23,964 bases of DNA, taken from NCBI GenBank assembly GCA_036507075.1, contig DASXQR010000058.1:1-23964 (forward strand), given 5' to 3'. The position numbers were made by a program, and so were the translations under genes. Under the pieces are notes generated by a model. The model was not told the DNA's origin, ran no database searches, and saw nothing but the letters and a program-made list of their open reading frames with translations. The DNA is from Acidobacteriota bacterium (GTDB taxonomy: Bacteria > Acidobacteriota > UBA6911 > JACQSX01). Below are positions 1 through 8,543 of this stretch, piece after piece; the first letter of the stretch is position 1; the number at the start of each line of letters is the position of its first letter.

Positions 1-300
1 GATGGAGGGAGGGAGGGAGGGAGGGAGTTATGGAGGGATGGAGGGATGGAGGGAGGGAGGGAGGGAGGGAGTTATGGAGGGATGGAGGGATGGAGGGATG
101 GAGGGATGGAGGGATGGAGGGATGGAGAGATTGCTCTCATATTCCTCAGTCTCTCAATCTCTCAGTCCCTCAGTCCCTCAGTCCCTCAATCCCTCAGTCT
201 CTCAGTCTCTCAGTCTCTCAGTCCCTCAGTCCCTCAATCCCTCAGTCCCTCAGTCCCTCAGTCCCTCTATCCCTCTATCCCTCTATCCCTCCATCTCCAT
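1..300. repeat. Inverted pair of 8-bp tandem arrays (GGAGGGAT arm / TCCCTCAG arm)
   Basis: 1..~130 is GGAGGGAT/GGGA repeats with an exact 44-bp tandem duplication (1-44 = 45-88). ~142..300 is C(C/T)CTC(A/T)(G/A)T octamers, an imperfect reverse complement, ending at the PBP stop codon. The left arm is cut by the window edge. Confidence 0.95.
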
Positions 301-2606
301 CACCGCCGCGGTGTATGCGGGACCAAAGGCGAAGGGGGCTCGGACTGCCCGTCACTGATGGTGCTCAAAACAGAATCCGCCTTTTGCAGCGACTCGCTTT
401 CCACGACGGGCACGGAATGTTCCGCGCAGGGGAACTTGGGCGCGTTATCAGCCGTGAAATAGTCCGAGTACGGATATGGACAAAAGCCGGACGCCAGCAG
501 GCCGCTTCGCGAGCAGACCGTAGCCTTTACAATTCCGTCCGGAACCGCGAAGTCGGCGCGTCGAAACCTGGCAGACGTGTTTTTCATGTAATTCACCCAG
601 ATGGGAATGGCCAGCGTGGCTCCATAACCTCCGGCCATGATCTTCCGCGGCACATCAAAACCGACCCACACTCCGGTTACAACATCAGGGGTGAAGCCTA
701 TGAACCAGGCGTCGTGATAGTCATCGGTTGTGCCGGTTTTGCCGCCTGCGGGCAGTCTGAACCCGGCAGTGCGTACGCCCTGGCCGGTTCCGTGATCGAC
801 CGCATCAGACAGCATGGTGGTCATCAGGAACGCGGTCTGAGGGTCGATCACATAGCGTGTGAGGGGCTGATGCTCATAAATGACGACACCGTCTCTGTCC
901 TCAACCTTGCGAATTACGTGCGACGACACCAGTTTTCCCGCATTCGGAAAAACCGAATAGGCTCTCACCATTTCCAGCAGCGTGACTTCGCCTGCTCCCA
1001 GAGGAAGAGAAGCGACATTCGGCAGCTCTTCCTCAATGCCAAAGTCATGCGCCGTCCGAATCACACGCGACACGCCGACCAACTGCCCCAATTGCACCGC
1101 AACCGTGTTTACGGAGTTTCGCAGAGCCACACGCAGTGTCAGCGAGCCATAGCGCCTTCCTGAGTTGGAAGGAACGTAGTAACCGTCTCCGGTGGGAATC
1201 TTGACGGGATCGTCAGTGAGCATGGTCGACGGGGTCATTCCGGCCGTGAGCGCAGCCACATAAACAAAAGGCTTGAACGCAGAACCAGTCTGGCGCCTGG
1301 CGTGCACCGCCCGATTGAATTTGCTTTCCCGGTAATTGCGACCGCCCACAATGGCATAGACTTCGCCGCTGTGTGAATCCATCGACACCAGCGCACCCTG
1401 CAAATACCGGGGCGCCTCGGCCTCTCCGGCCGCCGGAACGGACGCCTGGCGCTGCAGCATAGCCAGATAGTCATCGCGTGAAGAAGCGTCCAACCGCCGG
1501 TGTTTCTCGAGCGCTGAAAGATAGTTCTCCACGCTCTGTTCCGCCAGAGCCTGCATGGACGCGTCAATGGTCGTGTACACACGCAGGCCGCCACAGAATA
1601 TGCGCTCGTTTCCGAACAGCTCCTTCAACTCTTCGCGGACATAGTCGACGGCGTAATCGGCATTTTCTGACGCCTGGTCGTGAGGCTTCACCGTCAGGAC
1701 TTCCTGCCGGGCGGATTCCGCCTGATCCGCGGAGATGTAACCGCATTCCACCATTGCGTCGAGAACCTTGTTACGCCGCTTCACGGCCAGGCTCGGATTG
1801 GTGAACGGGGAATAAAGCACGGGAGCCTTGGTAAGCCCGGCCAACGTAGCTGCCTCGGAGAGGCTCAGATCGGACGCGGGCTTTCCAAAATAGCCTTGAG
1901 AGGCGGCCTCGACTCCATAGAGCCCCGCACCGAAATAGACACGATTCAGGTACAACTCCATGATCTGGTCCTTGGTGAAGTTCGACTCCAGTCTGGCGGC
2001 AAGGCAGATCTCCTGGATCTTCCGCCAGTAGGACTTGTCAGAAGTCAGAAAGGTGTTCTTGGCAAGCTGCTGGGTCAGTGTGCTGCCCCCTTGCTGAATT
2101 CTTGCCGCAAGCAGGTTATTCCATGCGGAGCGCGCAATCGCCAGCGCGTCAAATCCAGAGTGTTGATAAAAATTTCGATCTTCAATAGCGGCCAAAGCGC
2201 GCGGCAGATGTCTTGAAATTCGAGAAAGCGGCACCCTTGTTCGATTCTTCTCATACAACGCATACAGCAGCTTGCCGTTGCGATCGAAAATGCTGGTGGT
2301 CTCCTCCATCCGGGCGGCTGCTTTCAGATCGGCCGTCCACGCCTGGGCCACGGCTGGCGAAAAATAAACCGAAACAACGATCCCGCAGATTGCGATCAGG
2401 CCGGCATAGCCGATCAGCGCGTAACGAAGCGCCGGGCGTTCTTGCAGGAGCGCTTTTGCAGCCGACCACGCCCGGCGCAACCTCGGACCGTAGCGGCGCT
2501 CCGCTTTCAGATAAAAGTAAGAAAAGCGGTGCCACATCCAAAATATCTGCATGCGTAGTTCGTCTTCTAAAGATCTGGCGATACTTACACGTCGTCTGCC
2601 AGCCAT
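300..2606 (-). CDS. Class A penicillin-binding protein (PBP1A family, transglycosylase + transpeptidase)
   Basis: GT51 motifs EDRNFYQHSG, GGSTLTQQLAKN, RKIQE, KDQIMELYLNRVYFG; transpeptidase motifs SAFK (SxxK), SVN (SxN), KTGT; N-terminal TM segment. Start moved from 2759 to ATG 2606, which has AGGGGG 7 nt upstream. Confidence 0.95.
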   Translation of the reverse strand: MAGRRRVSIARSLEDELRMQIFWMWHRFSYFYLKAERRYGPRLRRAWSAAKALLQERPALRYALIGYAGLIAICGIVVSVYFSPAVAQAWTADLKAAARMEETTSIFDRNGKLLYALYEKNRTRVPLSRISRHLPRALAAIEDRNFYQHSGFDALAIARSAWNNLLAARIQQGGSTLTQQLAKNTFLTSDKSYWRKIQEICLAARLESNFTKDQIMELYLNRVYFGAGLYGVEAASQGYFGKPASDLSLSEAATLAGLTKAPVLYSPFTNPSLAVKRRNKVLDAMVECGYISADQAESARQEVLTVKPHDQASENADYAVDYVREELKELFGNERIFCGGLRVYTTIDASMQALAEQSVENYLSALEKHRRLDASSRDDYLAMLQRQASVPAAGEAEAPRYLQGALVSMDSHSGEVYAIVGGRNYRESKFNRAVHARRQTGSAFKPFVYVAALTAGMTPSTMLTDDPVKIPTGDGYYVPSNSGRRYGSLTLRVALRNSVNTVAVQLGQLVGVSRVIRTAHDFGIEEELPNVASLPLGAGEVTLLEMVRAYSVFPNAGKLVSSHVIRKVEDRDGVVIYEHQPLTRYVIDPQTAFLMTTMLSDAVDHGTGQGVRTAGFRLPAGGKTGTTDDYHDAWFIGFTPDVVTGVWVGFDVPRKIMAGGYGATLAIPIWVNYMKNTSARFRRADFAVPDGIVKATVCSRSGLLASGFCPYPYSDYFTADNAPKFPCAEHSVPVVESESLQKADSVLSTISDGQSEPPSPLVPHTPRR

Positions 2607-2652
2607 TGACGCGCCCCCTAATCGGCTGCCACTTCCAAAACAAAAAACTCGT

Positions 2653-2669
2653 AGCAATTGCAGGGCCAA
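2653..2669 (-). promoter_or_regulatory. Candidate sigma-54 (-24/-12) promoter of the PBP gene
   Basis: Minus strand reads TTGGCCCTGCAATTGCT = TGGC-N7-TTGCW with exact consensus spacing, about 47 nt upstream of the start codon and preceded by an AT-rich tract (2670-2710). Confidence 0.5.
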
Positions 2670-2802
2670 ACTTAAAATAATATCTAAATTGCTGACATTG
2701 CTTAATTTGCATGCTAGCGCCCTAGGTCTGGCGCAAAGGCGGGGACGCATAAGCTGCATAACGCCTACTCACACTGAAATAATTGCGCCTGTGCTCGTAT
2801 GA

Positions 2803-2966
2803 AACTTTTCACCACAAAGACACAAAGAACACGAAGGGAAGACCTGGGGCGGGAAGAGGCCGGTCAGCGTCAAAAGCCCTTGCCGTGTTTACCCTTGGAC
2901 AACTGACCGGCCTCTGCCTGCCCCAGGTCTTGCTTTGTGCTCTTTGTGCCTTTGTGGTGAAAAGTT
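2803..2966. repeat. Long imperfect palindrome, 9-mer family (TTCACCACAAAG-ACACAAAG ends), MITE-like
   Basis: Arms 2803-2867 and 2903-2966 are reverse complements with about 6-7 differences and a 35-nt loop. 2934-2958 is identical to 23940-23964. Confidence 0.95.
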
Positions 2967-3014
2967 CTACCTCGAATTTTTAGTACTTAATCCCCCTCGC
3001 CGATTGATCCCGTT

Positions 3015-3042
3015 CTTTCGCGCTTTCGCGCCTTCGCGGTTC
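3015..3042. repeat. Solitary right arm related to the ACCRC-ended family (CTTTCGCG CTTTCGCG CCTTCGCGGTT)
   Basis: Three 8-nt units ending in GCGGTT, resembling the right arms at 15085 and 22124. Confidence 0.6.
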
Positions 3043-3072
3043 GCAGTAAAATTTCTATTTGCCCCTGCAACC

Positions 3073-5826
3073 ATGAAGAGACTGGCATCCGCTCTCCTCC
3101 TTCTCCTTCTCACGAATTCAATCCTCCTTGCCCAGAGCGGATGGTTCCCGTTCACCATCCCATGGGATGACGACTCAAAGACCCTAATCGACGGCTCCAA
3201 TCTGCTGGTGGACTTCCCCGGCCAGGACCCTGCTGCGGTTATCGAGGCGCGCGGCTTTGTGCGGGCGGGACAAGACGGCCACTTTTACTTTGAAAAGAGC
3301 GGCAGGCGAGCCAAGTTCTGGGGTGTGAACTTTACTTTCAATGCCGATTTCCCGCCCTGCCCGGACGAGCCGCTGCGCGCCGGTGAATATCCGGACACGC
3401 ACGTCGCCGACAAAGTAGCGCGCCATCTGGCTAAGCTCGGGGTGAATGTTGTCAGGTTTCACCACATGGATTTTTTTGCCGCTCCCAACGGTATCTTTGA
3501 TCCTCGATTCTTCCCCAATGACACGCAGCACCTTGATCCGGGTCAGTTGCGACGCCTTGATTATTTGATTTATCAGTTGCGAAGAAACGGCATTTACGCG
3601 AATTTGAATCTGAAAGTGGCGCGCCATTTTGGCGCCGGCGACGGAATCGCGGACAGCGCGCAGTTTACCGGCGGTCTCAGTTTTTTTCAGGGTGTTTCTC
3701 ACTTCAATGCGCGCATGATCGAATTGCAGAAAGATTATGCGCGCCAGCTTCTGATGCATCGAAACCCCTACACCGGTCTGGCATACAACGAGGACCCCGG
3801 CATTCTCAACGTCGAGATCGCCAATGAGGACTCTCTTTTCGGCAGCATGCTCAATGACGGCGGTCTCAATTTCGTTGCCGAGATTTCCGGATCTCTTCCG
3901 CGCCGCTACAGCGAAGAGCTGGACGAGCGATGGAACCGGTGGCTGGCCGCGCGCTACGGCAATCACGACAGGCTCCGTGTTGCCTGGAAGTCGGACGATC
4001 CCGTCGTTGACGGCAGCGACAAAATGCGAAACGGCGGCTTCGAAAATGGGATGTCCGATTGGACGGTCCAGCAGATCCCGAACGCGCAGGCATCTGCTGC
4101 GGTCGAAACCGGCAGCGGTCCGGACGGAAGCGCCGCTTTGAAAGTGCAGGTCGCGGCCGATGGAATCAACTGGCATGTGCAGGCGTTTCAGAACGGCCAC
4201 GGAATGGAAAGGGGTCGTTTTTATGAAATGACTTTCTGGGCGAAAGCAGCCGGCAGCGGCGAAATCACCATCGATGTGATGAAGGGGGCGCCTCCGTGGC
4301 AGAACTACGGCTTGAGCAAGACGTTTCAGGTGGGAACTGCGTGGACCAGGTTCAGCGCCCGTTTCCTCGCCAACGAAAGCGACGGCGTCACGGTAAGACC
4401 CACCTTCGAACTGGGAGCAAAAAACAATACGGTCTGGATCGATCAGGTGGAATTTCGCCAGTCAACGCCCCGTGACTTCGACGCCGATGAGAACCTGGAC
4501 AGCGGGAGCATCAGGCGGCCTTATCGATCCCAGCTCTCTTCGTACACGGAGGCGCGGATTCGAGACCTGTTCCGTTTCTACTCGGAATTGGACGAAAGCT
4601 ATTTTGTCGAAATGCGACGGTTCCTGAAGGAGGACCTGGAACTGCGTTCGCTGGTCACAGGCACAGCGCCCTGGTGGGACTATCTCGGCGATACGGCCAT
4701 TCAGTCCAAAATGGATTTCATAGACGGCCATTACTACTGGGACCATCCTTTCTGGGTCGGCGTCCCGGCCTGGTCTCCGACCGGTTGGCGCATACGCAAT
4801 CAGCCTCAGATAAACGATCTGCAGGACTTGGCCGGCCTGGCCGCGCAGGCTGTAGAGGGTAAGCCATTCACAGTCAGTGAATACAACTACGTCTTCCCCA
4901 ACCGTTATGCATTGGAAGGCCCGCTGTTGATGGCGTTGATCGCCAACCTTCAGGACTGGGACGCGGTATACTTGTTCGATTACGCAGGCAGCACCGCCGC
5001 TTTCGATGACGCGATTACGACGTCATTTTTTTCCCAATCCGGCAATCCCGTCAAATCTGCCCAACTACCGGTCGCCGCGCGAATCTTTATCCTCAATCAA
5101 AACATCAGCGCTTCGAACCAGCTCGTCATCGAACTGACACGCGATGAACTTGCCGCCGGCTATGCGCGCGGCCTGGTTAATGGAGCATCCTTTCTGGCAA
5201 GCAAGGGTTTGGATCGCAGGTATTTCCTCCAATCAAAGATCCGAATCGGAAATTTCGACCGGATTGATCCTGTCTCCATCGACGCGGCTTTGACGACGAC
5301 AAATGTAACATCCAGCAGCGGCGAACTGCGATGGGATCGGGAAGACGCGCAGAGGTCGTGGATGCGAGTGACGGCCAGGGGAGTTCAGGGAGCGATTGGA
5401 TTTCTTAAGGGGCGTGTTGTCGATCTGGGAGACTGGTCCTTTCAAACCGGTTCGGACACACCGGACCATCTGGCGGTTCTACTGCAGTCGGGCGAATCGG
5501 GCGATATCCGGGAATCGCGGCGCCTGATTCTCTCGGTCTGGACGGAGCATCAAAACACCGATATGGTCTGGAATGACGTGCAGACGTCGGTGGAGAACCG
5601 GTGGGGTCGCGCTCCAGCGCTGGTTCGCCCGGCCAAGGTTGACCTCGCATTCAAACTCCCCGCATCGGCCATCCGGATTCACGTGCTGGATGAAAAGGGG
5701 CAGCGCAAGGGAAGCGTTTCCGGCGAGAGCGTGCCGGGGGGTGCGCGATTTCAGATCGACACCGGGCGAGACGGCACCCTCTGGTACGAGGTGGAAATCC
5801 TGGGAAAGAGCCGGCGGATTATCTGA
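3073..5826 (+). CDS. Secreted clan GH-A glycoside hydrolase with internal CBM4/9 module (GH148-like)
   Basis: Signal peptide MKRLASALLLLLLTNSILLA. Motifs KFWGVN, GVNVVRFHH, RNPYTG, EIANED (putative acid/base), DGHYYWDHP, TVSEYN (putative nucleophile). CBM4-like segment NGGFE...WIDQV at ~4018-4461. ORF codons upstream of 3073 are repeat-derived. Confidence 0.8.
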   Translation: MKRLASALLLLLLTNSILLAQSGWFPFTIPWDDDSKTLIDGSNLLVDFPGQDPAAVIEARGFVRAGQDGHFYFEKSGRRAKFWGVNFTFNADFPPCPDEPLRAGEYPDTHVADKVARHLAKLGVNVVRFHHMDFFAAPNGIFDPRFFPNDTQHLDPGQLRRLDYLIYQLRRNGIYANLNLKVARHFGAGDGIADSAQFTGGLSFFQGVSHFNARMIELQKDYARQLLMHRNPYTGLAYNEDPGILNVEIANEDSLFGSMLNDGGLNFVAEISGSLPRRYSEELDERWNRWLAARYGNHDRLRVAWKSDDPVVDGSDKMRNGGFENGMSDWTVQQIPNAQASAAVETGSGPDGSAALKVQVAADGINWHVQAFQNGHGMERGRFYEMTFWAKAAGSGEITIDVMKGAPPWQNYGLSKTFQVGTAWTRFSARFLANESDGVTVRPTFELGAKNNTVWIDQVEFRQSTPRDFDADENLDSGSIRRPYRSQLSSYTEARIRDLFRFYSELDESYFVEMRRFLKEDLELRSLVTGTAPWWDYLGDTAIQSKMDFIDGHYYWDHPFWVGVPAWSPTGWRIRNQPQINDLQDLAGLAAQAVEGKPFTVSEYNYVFPNRYALEGPLLMALIANLQDWDAVYLFDYAGSTAAFDDAITTSFFSQSGNPVKSAQLPVAARIFILNQNISASNQLVIELTRDELAAGYARGLVNGASFLASKGLDRRYFLQSKIRIGNFDRIDPVSIDAALTTTNVTSSSGELRWDREDAQRSWMRVTARGVQGAIGFLKGRVVDLGDWSFQTGSDTPDHLAVLLQSGESGDIRESRRLILSVWTEHQNTDMVWNDVQTSVENRWGRAPALVRPAKVDLAFKLPASAIRIHVLDEKGQRKGSVSGESVPGGARFQIDTGRDGTLWYEVEILGKSRRII

Positions 5827-5830
5827 GCCG

Positions 5831-5963
5831 GCGGGTTACGGGTTTGCGGGTTGCGGGTTGGCGGGCTTCGGGTTGCGCCAACCCGCACCGGAACGCGGCA
5901 CCCGGCACCCGCAAACCCGGAACGCGGAACCCGCCAACCCGAAACCCGGAATTCGTAATTCGT
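5831..5963. repeat. Inverted pair of GCGGGTT / AACCCGC heptamer arrays between convergent genes
   Basis: 5831-5876 (G)CGGGTT units and 5879-5963 AACCCG(C/G) units fill nearly the whole spacer between the stops at 5826 and 5971. Confidence 0.93.
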
Positions 5964-5970
5964 AGCGCGT

Positions 5971-7266
5971 TTAGTCGCGTCGATTTACGCGGCTGCAGCT
6001 CTTCTTTTCAATCAGCGGATGTTCGGCGTTTCTCAGTTCGTCGATGTTCTGCTGGATCTTGAGAATTGCCTCAGCGATTTGATCTATCACTTGCTCATTT
6101 CCAAGAAACAGAGGGTGCGGAAGCCAAACTGACTCTTCGTAGGCTGCGTGCTCGGCCGCCGGACAGCGCGTATTGGCCCAGGGCAGCGTTTCCGGTGAAG
6201 AAGCTTTTAACTGCGGGAAGTCCCGCGGATCCACATGAAACAAGGCGCTGCGATAAAGCGGCTCGTAAAAGAGGCCGTCGCATGGAACACCTTCGCATTC
6301 GAGCGCGGCAACAAAGCGATCACGATGCACGCCGCCAAAGAAGCGGTTGTCATACTTGAAGACGAAGTGATAGATCGCCTGCCGGGTAAGCCGCTCATCG
6401 CGTTGCAGCAGGGTGACGCCTTGCACTTCTGCAAGGGTGCGTCGCAGTTGATCAGCCCGCGCTGAGCGCTTTTCTGTCTGCGCCGGCAGGCGCTCCAGTT
6501 GGGCCAGCAGCACGGCAGCCTGAAATTCCGTCATCCGATAGTTGAAGCCCAGAATGCGATCACCGAACCGATCGCCGGTGCTGGCGCGACCGCAGTTGGT
6601 ATACGACTGGCAAAGTTCGAATACTCGCTCATCGCTGGTGATTACCACCCCGCCTTCACCCGCCGTCATCAGCTTGCTTGTCTGCATGCTGAACGATCCG
6701 GCGTCACCATACGACCCGGCTCCCCGGTTTTTCCAGGCCGCACCGTGCGCGTGAGCGCAGTCTTCGATCACACGCAGTTGATGCCGGGCCGCGATTGCCA
6801 TGATAGCGTCCATGTCCGCCATGTTCATCGCCATATGGACGGGGATAACGGCTCGCGAGCGCTCCGTCAGCGCATCTTCGATTGCCGAGGGACTGACGCA
6901 ATAGTTCTGCGGCGAGATATCGACGAACACAGGAACGGCGCCCAGCCGCAAAACAGGGACTGCAGTTGCTTCGAACGTGTACGCGGGGACGATCACTTCA
7001 TCGCCCGGCTTTATCGCCGCGCTCTTGAGCGCAATTTCGAGTGCGACCGTTCCGTTGGCGGCACACAATCCGAATCGCGCGTCGTGGTAAGCGGCGAAGC
7101 GCTGCGCGAAACGATCTGCCAGATCATTGGGAAACGGGTAGCCGCCCCAGTTACCGGACTGCAGGACACCGGCAAGTCCCTTCTGCTCGCGCTCGTCAAA
7201 TTGCGGCCACCGGGCGACCGGCTCCTGGCGAACGGGGTTCCCACCTGCAATCGCAAGCTTCGGCAT
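5971..7266 (-). CDS. DegT/DnrJ/EryC1/StrS family PLP-dependent aminotransferase
   Basis: NGTVAL, GDEVIVPAYTF, IEDCAHAHG, SFSMQTSKLMTAGEGG (PLP lysine), GFNYRMTEFQAA. N-terminus MPKLAIAGG is typical of the family; start set at ATG 7266. Confidence 0.93.
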   Translation of the reverse strand: MPKLAIAGGNPVRQEPVARWPQFDEREQKGLAGVLQSGNWGGYPFPNDLADRFAQRFAAYHDARFGLCAANGTVALEIALKSAAIKPGDEVIVPAYTFEATAVPVLRLGAVPVFVDISPQNYCVSPSAIEDALTERSRAVIPVHMAMNMADMDAIMAIAARHQLRVIEDCAHAHGAAWKNRGAGSYGDAGSFSMQTSKLMTAGEGGVVITSDERVFELCQSYTNCGRASTGDRFGDRILGFNYRMTEFQAAVLLAQLERLPAQTEKRSARADQLRRTLAEVQGVTLLQRDERLTRQAIYHFVFKYDNRFFGGVHRDRFVAALECEGVPCDGLFYEPLYRSALFHVDPRDFPQLKASSPETLPWANTRCPAAEHAAYEESVWLPHPLFLGNEQVIDQIAEAILKIQQNIDELRNAEHPLIEKKSCSRVNRRD

Positions 7267-7348
7267 GTGAGTTTGAGCAATCCTTTTTTCCAAAGCTGAT
7301 GGCTGCTAACATATCAGAAAAGCTCCTGTAAACTTCTGGGAGGGTGTG

Positions 7349-8362
7349 ATGCGGAATTTCGCATTTCAAGATGTGCCGCAATTGTGTGCTGTCCTGTTGG
7401 GGATGTTCTTGCTGTTCAACCCTCTGATGGCGGGAGGCAAAATTTATGTTGGTAATGCGGAAGGTGATGACATCACAGTCATTGACCCCGATAACTTCAA
7501 GGTGATCGGCAACATCAAGGTCGGTCACAAGCCGCATGGGTTGACAGCGTCACCGAATCGCGACCGGATCTATGTGAGTGTTGAGTCAACAAACGAGTTG
7601 CTGGCGCTGGATGCGCTCACATACCGCGTAGTGGGAAGAGCGAAGGTAGGAAAAGTTCCAAATCAAGTGACGGTCACCGCAGATGGGCGTTACGTTTATG
7701 TCCCGCTGAGAGAGCAGGCAGCCGTGGATATTGTGGACTCAAACGCCATGAAGGTGATCAAGCGGGTGGAGCTTGCCGAATGGCCCCACAACAGCTACAC
7801 AGCCGCCGACGGCAAGCGGGTGTACGTGACCACGATCAACGGACGGAAAATCTTTGTTTTCGACCCTTCGACTCACAATGTGGTCGCCGTTATCGAACCG
7901 GGCGGCAAGGTACGCCCTGTCGCGCTTACGCGGGATAACTCGCGAATGTATGTGGCTCTTTCCGAATTTCACGGTTTTGGCGTCGTGGATCTAAGACAGG
8001 TCAAAACAGTCCGGCGCGTGGAGCTTCCGCCCCTACCTGCCGGCACGCCTCGCCCCTATCTTGATACCTACACGCACGGCCTGGCGCTGACGCCGGACGA
8101 ACGCGAGCTTTGGGTTACCAGTTGTCCCGGTGGAGCCATGTGGGTTTATTCGGCCCCCGAACTGAAAAGACTGGCGAAAGTCGACGTCGGCAAATTCCCC
8201 AACTGGCTCGCTTTTACTCCCGACGGTAAGAAGCTGTTTGTCAGCAACACGGAATCCGATACGGTTTCCGCCATTGACGTGCCAAACCGGAAGGTCCTGG
8301 CCACCATCGCAGTGGGCAAGGCGCCGAAACGGATCATGTATCTGGCCCAGCCTTCCAGATAG
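7349..8362 (+). CDS. Secreted YVTN/YncE-type beta-propeller protein
   Basis: N-terminal hydrophobic signal; repeated blades of the form VGxxP-x-x-(L/V)-x-x-T/SPDG-x-x-(I/L/V)YV-x-N; GGGAGGG upstream. Exact start uncertain (7346 or 7349). Confidence 0.88.
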   Translation: MRNFAFQDVPQLCAVLLGMFLLFNPLMAGGKIYVGNAEGDDITVIDPDNFKVIGNIKVGHKPHGLTASPNRDRIYVSVESTNELLALDALTYRVVGRAKVGKVPNQVTVTADGRYVYVPLREQAAVDIVDSNAMKVIKRVELAEWPHNSYTAADGKRVYVTTINGRKIFVFDPSTHNVVAVIEPGGKVRPVALTRDNSRMYVALSEFHGFGVVDLRQVKTVRRVELPPLPAGTPRPYLDTYTHGLALTPDERELWVTSCPGGAMWVYSAPELKRLAKVDVGKFPNWLAFTPDGKKLFVSNTESDTVSAIDVPNRKVLATIAVGKAPKRIMYLAQPSR

Positions 8363-8388
8363 TGTTTCAGAGCTAGGAAACTACTTTG

Positions 8389-8543
8389 AAATGCGGATTT
8401 CGGAATGCGGAATGCGGAATAGGGAGAAGATTTGGTTTCTCAGTATCGAAGATTTAATCTGGACATATTCCGTATTCCCCACATTCCCAATTCCGCATTC
8501 CGCATTCCCAATTCCGCATTCCCAATTCCGCATTCCGCATTCC
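8389..8543. repeat. Inverted pair of ATGCGGA / TTCCGCA heptamer arrays between convergent genes
   Basis: Left arm 8389-8424 and right arm 8466-8543 (ATTCCGC/ATTCCCA units). The right arm ends immediately at the methyltransferase stop (8544). Confidence 0.95.

Noticed and set aside
2..1163. ORFs 2..358, 30..1163 and 46..462 with MEGWRDGG / SLSPSVPQ repeats
   Set aside because: They are translations of the octamer arrays plus PBP antisense; all three frames are open because the unit has no stop codon.
2607..3072. N-terminal extensions of the PBP and GH ORFs, and ORF 2783..2983
   Set aside because: They run through promoter-like or palindromic DNA; downstream starts have a better RBS or a signal peptide.
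3184..4200. 338-aa minus-strand ORF and similar long shadow ORFs (6499..7299, 14259..14879, 15441..16457, 16640..17425, 22258..22839)
   Set aside because: They are antisense or off-frame overlaps of well-supported genes in GC-rich DNA, with no recognisable motifs.
7349..7364. ATGCGGAATTTCGCAT at the beta-propeller start resembles the ATGCGGA family
   Set aside because: Only one or two units; it cannot be distinguished from chance.
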